DNA of 64,000 nt from Octopus sinensis (Eukaryota). Each line of letters begins with the position of its first letter. The first letter of the stretch is position 1. The notes under the pieces are model-generated. The model was not told the DNA's origin and searched no databases. It saw nothing but the letters and a program-made list of their open reading frames with translations. Location of the stretch: NCBI RefSeq assembly GCF_006345805.1, contig NC_042998.1, forward strand, positions 201,748,001 to 201,812,000, given 5' to 3'. Both the position numbers and the translations under genes were made by a program. This document shows positions 12,568 through 22,447 of the stretch, piece by piece.

Positions 12568-13112
12568 ACTATTTAGCGATTTGAGTTTGGCTGCTCTTTC
12601 AAGTGAGTCGAAAGGTCTATCAGGGCCATTCCTTAATATTGTTAAATGTATATTATATAGTCTGTGACTATTTTTTCTTTCTCACTTGACCGCTGGTGGC
12701 GAAAAACTTTTCTTGAATTTTTTGCTACCCTTATATTTACTAATTAATGATTTTTTGGCTAATTCTGAAATTGTATCAGCAGTTTATATTTGCTGCTGAG
12801 AAGATGGCGCGGTGACGGTGGATTTTGAAAATTTAGAGTATATAAACTCGAGGCTTCGCTGCTGTCGACTCGTGGATATATACTTTCCTTGGCTTCTTTG
12901 CTGATGAGACAGGCCAGTTGTAAATGGATTTAATTTAATTTAATTTAATTGGTTTGCCTTAGTGTGTCGAAACTATGAATAGTCCAAAGATGAAAAGGAT
13001 AAATGTTTTTATTTCTCCTTTAGTCTCAGAATTACTACTATTTAGCGGTTTGAGTTTGGCTGCTCTTTCAAGTGAGTCGAACGGCCTATCAGGGCCATTC
13101 CTTAATATTGTT
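12568..13112 (+). mobile_element. Retrozyme-like / non-autonomous PLE element, 469-bp unit with 76-bp terminal direct repeats
   Basis: 12568-12643 and 13037-13112 are near-identical. The element is non-coding, contains an intact HHR, and is flanked by (CA)n and (TA)n(GA)n. Confidence 0.8.
12895..12990 (+). ncRNA. Type I hammerhead ribozyme, canonical core
   Basis: Stem I tctttg(12895-12900)/caaaga(12985-12990); CTGATGA at 12901-12907; stem II gaca.../tgtc extended by aggc/gcct; GAAA at 12969-12972; stem III cta-tgaa-tag; GUC cleavage triplet ending at 12984. Confidence 0.85.
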
Positions 13113-13129
13113 GTATATATATATATATG

Positions 13130-13167
<38 letters not shown>

Positions 13168-13184
13168 AGATAGATAGATAAACC

Positions 13185-13559
13185 ATATGGATGTAAGTTC
13201 AGACACACGGTGTGGCACCTAAGCTAAGTGTATTCTACAATAGCATTATCTCGGGCCAAGCAAAGTCTTCTGGAAGTATTTGAGAAGCGATAACTCAAAG
13301 TGGCGCGTCGTATACGCGTGTGTGTGTGTGTGTGTGTTTGTGTGTGTGTGTACTTGTGTGTGTGTATTTCACCTTACATCACCCCTTGATGAGTGGTATT
13401 AATGTTTGCGTACGCGTAACTTACTACATCGGCAAGGAGGCCGATAGCATAAATACCAGGCATAGTGGTTAAGAGCGCGCGCTACTAACCCCAAGATTTC
13501 AAGTTCGATTTCAGGCAGTGAGCTGAATAATAATGATGAGGAGGAGGAGGAGGTGGATG

Positions 13560-13611
<52 letters not shown>

Positions 13612-13870
13612 CATCGAAAAATACTTTAGGAATTAGAACCCAGGTTAGATTTCCCCAAGACACCTGATGAAGGCTGGGGGGTATATCAGCCGAAGCGATG
13701 TGCTAACAACAAAGAAGATAAAGACAAATATCCGTACAATGTAAATAATGTAAGTAATGTTCAAAATTAAAGTATTTAAGCTCTGGTGTCGATTCATTTG
13801 ATAAAAATTTCAAGGCGATGCCCACCATACCCCATGTCTAATGACTGAAACAAGTAAAAGAGTAAAAGAG
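13185..13870 (+). mobile_element. Old SINE family B copy split by a nested insertion
   Basis: 13185-13458 matches the family B head and middle. 13761-13870 resumes the family B tail (...atgactgaaacaagtaaaagag). Confidence 0.75.
13459..13760 (+). mobile_element. tRNA-headed SINE with (AAT)n linker and a 3' hammerhead motif
   Basis: A-box-like ggcatagtggttaagagc, anticodon-like loop ctACTaa, B box gttcgatttc (13503-13512). Then acac-CTGATGA-aggctg...cagcc-GAAG-cg-at-gtgc (13660-13703) and an aatgta repeat tail. Confidence 0.75.
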
Positions 13871-13904
13871 TATATATATATATATATATAGCGAGAGAGA
13901 GAGG

Positions 13905-14316
13905 AGTTGTATACTGTCAACTTAATGTGACAGTCCCATAGAGGAAATTACTCAACGCTATTTAGCCCTGGGAAGTATCAACGCTTCCTGTCGGCTATAA
14001 CACATTTCCTGTGTTCTTATGTTTACAAAGGGGAGACAAGCACCCCCAACAGCTAGGCCTGCATCCAGAGACATGACATGTTTCTGAGTCTCGCTTGTCA
14101 TCAGTCTATGCTACTCCTGACTGATGACGAGTACGACTCAGAGACCTGTCTCTGGTTGCAGGCCTAGCTGTTGGGGGTGCTTGTCTCCCCTTTGTAAACA
14201 TAAGGACACAGGAAATGTGTCAAAGCCGACAGGAAGCGTTGATGCTTCCTAGGGCTAAATAGCGGTGGTGTAATTCCCTCTATGGGACTGTCACGTTAAG
14301 TTGACATTATACAACT
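13905..14316. repeat. About 200-bp-arm inverted repeat with an HHR motif at the inner end of each arm
   Basis: 13905-14106 is the reverse complement of 14119-14316, with a 12-nt loop. HHR motifs at 14116-14155 (+) and 14065-14109 (-). Confidence 0.9.
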
Positions 14317-14376
14317 GCTCTATCGTTCCACCGCCGCTCATATCACTCTGAGATATTTAGAAATTTAATATTTCTA

Positions 14377-14462
<86 letters not shown>

Positions 14463-14463
<1 letters not shown>

Positions 14464-14803
14464 CAATTGCAGCATGGAAGGTGTTTATAAGCCATTAAGA
14501 AACACACAAAAACCGTTCGATTTACTTCAACATTTAAGTCTAATTTGTCAAAATATTTTCGTCGCTTTAAGACTGCGACCTGTTCACTGACAAAAATCCG
14601 TGCTGCATCTCTTTTTGTCAGTGAACAGATCGCGGATTTTAGCGACGAAAATATTTTGACAAATTAAACTTAAATGTTGAAGTGAATCGAACGGCTTTTG
14701 TGTGTTTCTTAAATGGCTTATAAACACCTTCCACGCTGCAATTGTTTTCGTTTCAGCACACGATCACAGATCAAATTGCTTGCTATGCGAGTACATCTCC
14801 GTA
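14463..14803. repeat. 134-bp-arm inverted repeat of a short element with an HHR-like fold
   Basis: 14463-14596 pairs with 14612-14745. The right arm extends to 14803. Solo copy at 43384-43590 (-). Embedded in (TA)n. Confidence 0.9.
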
Positions 14804-14857
14804 AATATATATATATATATATTATATATATATATATATTAATATATATATATATAT

Positions 14858-15651
14858 AAAGGATTGCTTATTCGCAATTTTACAACCGGAAGACGGAAAT
14901 GCATACGTCATTTAAGTGACGGAGGACACCAGTCATCACCAATTGTTACTATAAATAAGGATTAAAACGTCTCATATTCACGAGAAGCACTTATCTTAAT
15001 AACTGACAAGGAAGGCAAGCTCATTCAACGTCCAGGCATAGCCAGACCACTGATTTTACATTTCTATTAAAACTGGTCAGGGACTATAATATAATGCCTT
15101 ATGTTAAACACAACTTTTCGTGTCCGTCTATAAGACTATCGTAAAATTGTATGCTGATTTCCTAAACGGTAAAAGTGAAAATTATAATATTAATAAGGGG
15201 GTGTTTATCCGCAATTTTCCAACCGAAATGCAGAAATATATACGGTCACTAAAATGACAACTTTTATTTCTAGCAATACTGGTACTGACAAATGTCCTCA
15301 GTTACTATAGTGGCGAATATATTTCTGCATTTCGCTCGTAAAATTGCGAATGATCCTCCCTTATAAGTTATAATTTTCACTTTTACCGTTTAGAATATCA
15401 GCGTATGATTACTACAATAATCTTATATACTGCCAAGGTGAGTTGGGTTTAACCCAAGGCCCTATGTGTGTGCTACTGACCAGCATTAGCAAAAATGCAA
15501 AATCACTGTGATCTGGCTGTTTGGACGCTGAGGGAGCTTTCCCCCTTGTCAGTCATTAAGATAAATGCTTCGCGTGACCATGAGTTGTTTTAACTCATAT
15601 TTCTAGCAATATTGGTGCCAACTAGTAACGTCGGTCACTTTAGTGACGCAT
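14858..15651. repeat. Older inverted repeat built from an about 335-bp monomer
   Basis: 14903-15241 is a diverged reverse complement of 15317-15651. There are internal direct repeats at 14858-14920/15195-15258 and 15265-15316/15599-15651. Confidence 0.75.
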
Positions 15652-15713
15652 ATGATTTGATTTGATTTGATCTGATCTAGTTTCAGCGCATGATCTGTCG
15701 CCATGCTGGGGCA

Positions 15714-15761
<48 letters not shown>

Positions 15762-16825
15762 ATATATATATACCCATATATATATATATACCCATATATA
15801 TATATATACCCATATATGTACATATAGACATATGCATACGCATTACAAAAAATTGTTTAGGAATACATGTGTGTGCATATATGTATGTTTCGTTGGGTGC
15901 CTGCGTGTGTAGGTGTTGAAATGGGAATATTAATCAATCACCACAGGGGAAAATATTAAAGTATAACCTTGAAAAATCCTCTAAAACTAGCGTTTCCGAA
16001 GCAGCTTTTAATTAAACTTTTTGAAAATTAATGTCAAGCTCCGTTCCTGATGTAAAAAGTTGTTGCTGGAGACTCGTTTGTAGACATCACAAGTGCAACG
16101 AACATGATCCATCCTACCATTTAATTATAGACTTTTATATACCTTGAATGAAATATCCCTACAATGTCAAATGCGATGAAACAATCTTACACAATGATGT
16201 CTGAAACACTGACACTCACACTTAACTGTATAAACCTGCATCAAATTGAATGTAATGACCTGTGCGTTATTAGTGTCAACCGGCTTTAAAATAGAAAGTT
16301 TGACTGGGGAGGAGTTATCCCACCCGTCAGTGTTACATCACTAAACATAATTATATATTGGTCAATATTAAATCTTGGTTATATATGATTATCTATAAAC
16401 TCGCACATATACCCACGCAGTGAAGTAGTCACTCAATCACACACAAAGCATGTAGATGATAGAGATTGATAAATAGTAAGATATACAGATTACATAGTTG
16501 TTATGAGACGAACAATTAAGAATGCACCCAATCATTATTACTCAACGTTCTAAAGTCGCAGAGTGAAGAATATTCTGGTTATCGTTTCGTAATAACGGGA
16601 TGTGAAATGTATCTACAATAGCTACGACTCAAATCCGATAGGTCCCTGAATTTTAGTGTTGCCTAAAGAAGTGTCGTCTGACTTTTCAAACACGAGAATA
16701 CTCTATTTGAAATATATGTCTTCCACTAAGCACTAATGTTCTCGACATATCTTCATTTTTGCAATTAAGATGATGTGTAGAACACGGATCATAAATCACT
16801 CAGCATTCATGTTACTCATATATGT

Positions 16826-16856
<31 letters not shown>

Positions 16857-17439
16857 CGTGTGTGTGTGTGTGTAGTGTGTGTGTGTATAGTTCCTATGTT
16901 AGACATATCAGTTTCTGATATGATTTATTATAAACATATCAAATACAAAGCAATGAAATTATACAAATAGGAGCTCTCTTTCTTTATGTCCGTGATGTGA
17001 TTCAGTTCCACACCTAAATTAAGGTTCGTACACATATTCACAGATTTAGAACATCTGCTACTATGAGTGGCGGCTACATTTCGTTCATCTCTTGAAATCA
17101 GTTTTTGTTGTGGTTTCTGATACAAGCTGTAATTTTAATACAGCCAGATTAGCTTATGCAAACAACGTCCCAGTTGAAAAAAAAAAACACTCGATGGCTG
17201 TCATACCGGTAAATGATACGAGATTACTTTGAGAAATACACGAGAAATACAGACCTAGATTAGACACATGAATGTAAATATACGTAATACTTTTCTTCTC
17301 TCGTACCTCAAATCACTCGTGTTTGACATATATTTTAACTCTGCCATAGTGCCCCGTTATAGTACTGGACATATAGCTGTCAAAATACATCTGGGACTAA
17401 ACAACAATTACATGAGACGTTAAAAGATAATTTTATGCC

Positions 17440-20215
17440 GCAACCACAGAACAGCAGAATTTAAGTGTAGCACATAATGTACTGCAGCAGCTGGCGGGGT
17501 TGTAAACAACACTAAGCCATGAACAGCTACATAAGACCGCCACAAATAATAGAGCGAGCGTGACTATCATTGTCACAAAGGTGATCATCACACTAATTAT
17601 TCTGATAAATACGATAAGCGCTTCGAGGAACGTTTCTGAATGTAATCAAGAAATAATCATCGCACATGTGTCTGCAGGTAACAACTAAGTAGAGATACAC
17701 ATACCAATATAAGCCGCATTTCGTACAGACAGAAGAGAAAGACATCACGCTGGAGTTGCGTTGTGCATCCGAGAAATGCCACATTCGAATTCGATCTGTG
17801 ACGCATTCGTAGTGCATTTAAAGCAAATTGATGTGGTAATATACACATTATATTGCTCGCCCAATACCTCAACTCAGGATGGTAAACTTGAGGGAACTTT
17901 TACAATGATAAAAGAAGTACTAAGATTACTCTATCAATGCACTAATCTACTTCAGGTGGCTGACTTCATTATTCTCGACATTGGATGCCTGCTACGTGAC
18001 ATAATCTTAGAGATGATAACAAATAGCGCAATGAATCAAAATCTCTACTTGATCTCACGAAACAATTGTTCATTGAGCAAACCATAGTATCCTCAGTCAT
18101 AAATAAAACTAATTAGACCTCTGCTCCACCAACATTTTGTGAATTTATCTACGATGTGAAGATATCAACGTCAATTTTCTCAGACCACAACACAATAGAT
18201 CTGATGATGTATGGTCCAAATCTAAATAAATAGTATTCCACGCGCGTGATACCCAAAACCTATCCGGTTTCGACATCCTCAAGGCTGCGTGGAAGACAAC
18301 AGAAAAACGGATTATCCAACAAAAATTGTCTTTAAAATATCTCTATGCAAGACACCGATCGGAAATGTAAAGAATTCGTGCCAATAATACGAGCGATATG
18401 GATTATCCACTACATGCAGAATCATAATTCCCCGAGACAAGGGTGTCCATATGAGTCAGGAACTAAAGGCCGCCAATCGCGTAAATAAACAATCTAAAAA
18501 CAACGAAAAATCTCAAACACTCAAACGAAAAGGAAAAGTTGGGCAAGAGAAACCAAGTTTGCGAAGGAATCTGCCTTGGTATACTACTACGTTGGCCCTA
18601 ACTGCAGACCACAGGAGGATAAGTGATGATCTAAATTTACCACTCAGCTGGAAAATACGCAAATCAGTTAGCCTGATGAGTTTTTCCCACACCACGCAGA
18701 TCTATATGGAAAAGAGGCAACCATCGATTACATTGACATAAAAGAGGATGACGGAATATTTGTCAGTAATGTGATGAATACGAACTCATCAATGGGTCCA
18801 GATTGATTTCTGAATATTCTTTTGAAGACATACAAGAAAGCACTGAAAAAAAAACATGGGTTTTCATGCAGGTGGTAAACTTCTCAAGCAGTTAAAAGAA
18901 GGTATAATATGCCCTGGCCATAGAGGAAGAAGCAGTGCTGATGCTAAACATTACAGACATCTTATCTCTATGATTTCACATGTTACCAAGTTCATGATAC
19001 GCCTTATCTGTTCACGTTCCTGGAAGAAGAAAAACTGCTCACAAACATGCAACATGGTCTCCCGTTCAGGGAGGAACGGTTTTATACAGTTACTACAGCA
19101 TTATGCTTGGGTACTGAAATAGCAACTCAACCACTCAAATGAGGGTGTTATATATATATTGACTTTGCAAAACCATTTGGCAAAGTTTATCACGTGATGA
19201 TATAAACAAGCTGCATGACCTTGGTATAGCTGGAAAACTGGGTAATAGCTGCATGACTTTTTAATAGGCGGAAATCAGATAATTGCGTCCAATGGTGATC
19301 TCTCTGGGAAGGATTCACTTCTCAGTAGAGTTCTTCAAGTAACTGTACCGGGAGCACTACTGTTTATGGTGGCTCTTTCTGACATGCCCTCAGCCGTACT
19401 GTCAGCCACTCTTACCTGACATGCTGATGATACAAATCTATCACAGAGCGGTGACGGACGCTGACAACATAATTAAACAACCAACCGTCCTGAATGCAAT
19501 ATGCAAACTGGTTACTGGAAATAAGATGTAGTTCAATCTTGTGAACATTCAAGCGCACTACTATCTCTCTACGAATAGATGTCATTCGGAATAAATACGA
19601 CCGGTGGGTACTGAAATTCTAGAGTCAGAGTCGGTACGTGACCTGAGAATCCACATGAGTAATGATGCAATATTACTTGTCGATATTACCAAGATGGCAA
19701 CACTGTGCAGGGAATGTAATACCATTCTACTTACAGAGAACTTTCTTTCTCAGTAGTCTGGATAATTGTTCCGAAGTGTGGTCATCGCAGAGAGTCAAAC
19801 TAGTGGCGGCAAGTGAGGTAAGTCAACGTCACTATGTGAAATGCGCCTCAGCGAAACAGATGAGATGACGGAGAGGTTAAAGTAACTGAAGTTTAATATT
19901 TCGAGAGGAGGCGGGAATAATATGGAGAGATATACATATAGCAGAACATTGAAGGTCAAACATTAGATAGAAAAACTACACTAACTATCGAAAATTAGAT
20001 GGCGCTGTATCAAACATCATGTCTCCTCCATCTAGAATACGAGGCGAGTATTGTGTTTCGAGGGTCAAAAAACATTCAACATTCTATCAAACAGCGTCAG
20101 GTTTCGCGAGGTCCAGATATGGAAGTCTGGAAAGTGCATCGCTAGAGGTATTTTTTGAGATACCAGATGAACGCACAATGCACCAGGAGGCACAAAGAAG
20201 AGCAGCTATTTAAGG
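17440..20215 (+). mobile_element. Decayed CR1/L2-group LINE (APE endonuclease + RT)
   Basis: Endonuclease-like DVVIYTLYCSPN. RT motifs: KHYRHLISMISHVTKFM, QHG.RSGR, DFAKPFGKVYH (about 19161), VLQVTVPGALLF, HADDTNL (about 19420), VRDLRIHMS. Many stops and frameshifts. Confidence 0.85.
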
Positions 20216-21038
20216 CAAACCCTTGTCACAGGATAGACTGCTCCTATCCTGATACTAGTCAAATAATCTATAAACAAAATAGTCATAGCTGTTCCTCTTC
20301 TTATTAAAAAAGTAACTCTTGTGGCATATATGCATTAGTTATATGTTTATATTTCTGCATTAGTTTTCTGTAAATAACAGCATAACTATTTTAGTACCTT
20401 TGAACTTTTGACATTATTTCTGCAATCTAATAAAACATTTTTCCTCTAGTTTCGCAGGTCTCTTAAGCAAATTGCATTACGTGCCATTTGTAATTATTTA
20501 GCTTCTTCCTATGAAATATTCGATTGATATATTATCTAATAAAATATCCGAAACCAAGACTAAATTTATGTATATGAATAACATTCCTTCAACCAATTTG
20601 TCCATATTTTTCTTTCATTTGTTAGTATCTGTTATAATTTCTTACTTTGCTGCGTGATATATTCAGTTTTGTTTATTGGGTGTAGGTTTTTAATCAAGAA
20701 GAAATGGATTTTGCTCAAATAATTTGCTGAAGTGTCATATTAGTCTGCACTTCAACTCAGTCTTTTTCCAATTAAGTGAGTGTCATACGGCTTGATGAAT
20801 GAGCATTCAGTGGATCGATTTCTGATTCACTTGTAATAACACATCTTACGCCCTGAAATTGAATTTTCACAGATATCGAAGTATATTTAACAAAATGTAA
20901 CGTTTCTGATCTGTTCCTCGAAATCAACATGATCAATTGAATCGGATTAATAAAAAAATTCAGATTATGTTTATAAGGAAAGTATTGAAATTCTGGAATC
21001 GTGACAGACGGTTGCAAGTATTCCTTAATTTGTCACAT

Positions 21039-21444
21039 ACTCTTTTACTCTTTTACTTGTTTCAGTCATTTGACTGCGGCCATGTTAGAGCACCGTCTTT
21101 AGTCGAACGAATCGAACCTAGGACGTATTCTTTGTTTGCCTAGTACTTATTCTATCGGGCTCTTTTGCCGAACCACTAATTTACGGCGACGTAAACACAC
21201 CTGCATTGGTTGTCAAGTGATGTTGGGGGGACAAGCACAGACATACAAACATATACACGCATACATATATACATATACATATATACGACGGGATTCTTTC
21301 AGTTTCTGTCTACCAAATCTACTCACAAGGCTTTGGTCGGACCGAGGCTATAGTAGAAGACACTTGCCCAAGGTGCCACGCAGTGGAAATGGACCCGGAA
21401 CCACGTGGCTGGTAAGCAAGCTACTTACCACACAGCCACTCTTG
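21039..21444 (-). mobile_element. SINE family B
   Basis: Homology to the other family B copies along its full length. Confidence 0.9.
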
Positions 21445-21499
21445 AATTAAAACAAATGGCAAATATGAATAAATATATTCGAATATTACATTTCATATC

Positions 21500-21725
21500 A
21501 GTCGGCGCGCCGGTAGGATCGTTAGCACACCGGACAAAATGCTTGGCGGCATTTCATCTATCTTTTCGTCCCGAGTTCAACATCCACCAAGGTCTCCATT
21601 CCATTTTACCCTTTCGCTGTCGATGAAAGAAGTACCTCTCGTGTACTGGGGTCGATGTAATCGACTAGCCTCCCCTTCATTCACCCAAATATTTAGGACT
21701 TGTGCCAAGTGTAGAAAGAAATATT
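21500..21725 (+). mobile_element. SINE family A, degraded
   Basis: gatcgttagcacaccggacaaaatgcttggcggcatttc...gtactggggtcgatgtaatcgact. Confidence 0.75.
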
Positions 21726-21829
21726 TCATTCCATATCAGCTTAAGGTTCGTAAACATATAATTCTTCACTTCGTTATTCGAATAGGAAAAGTTGTCTTTC
21801 GGTGTAATAATTCACCTTAACATCGTTCT

Positions 21830-22223
21830 GAGAAAGAGAGAGAGAGCGAGAGAGAGAGAGGGAGAGAGAGAGAGATTTTGGGACATCCTTCGGTCACGAT
21901 ACAAACCATGGGATTGCACCTTGAACCTTACCCTCCCAGGTTCAGGTTCAAATCCAGGCAAGGTTGTTTATGAAAGCCCAGCAGTCGTCCATGCATACCG
22001 GCCTCCAATCTCCATGTCACCAGTGTTATCCAAAGGAAAGGCAAAGGTCGATGCAGCGTGGCACATGTGATGTTGCAAGTCATTTCTACTGCTGAGTGAA
22101 CTGGAGCAACTTGAAATAAAGAGTCTTGCTCAAGAACACAACACGCAACTCGGTCCGGGATTCGAGCTCACGACCTCACGATCGTAAGCTCAACGCTCTA
22201 GCCACTGAACCATGCGCCTTCAC
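21830..22223 (-). mobile_element. tRNA-derived SINE, family D (V-domain-like core, (CT)n tail)
   Basis: Minus head gtgaaggcgcatggttcagtggctagagcg...gctcgaatccc, then ttgtgttcttgagcaagac...tgctccagttcactcagc. TSD t(a/g)acatcgttct at 21818-21829 and 22224-22235. Confidence 0.85.
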
Positions 22224-22447
22224 TGACATCGTTCTACAACATTTATTATTATTGCTTCCGCGTAGTACTGATTGGTAGTTCACAATTACATGATCTTGTT
22301 TAGTAGTAATAATAGCATCCTTCAACCTATTATTTCAACAAAACGTTGCTTGTCCAACCACTGTCTATAGAATCAAAACTGATCTAGTTACTTCTTCTCA
22401 AACTTTCATCCGCTTATGCAGTGGAAGCATAACCAATTGAAAGATAG

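Noticed and set aside
19420-19440. CTGATGA as a hammerhead core
   Set aside because: It encodes the ADD of the LINE RT active-site motif, with no flanking stems or GAAA.
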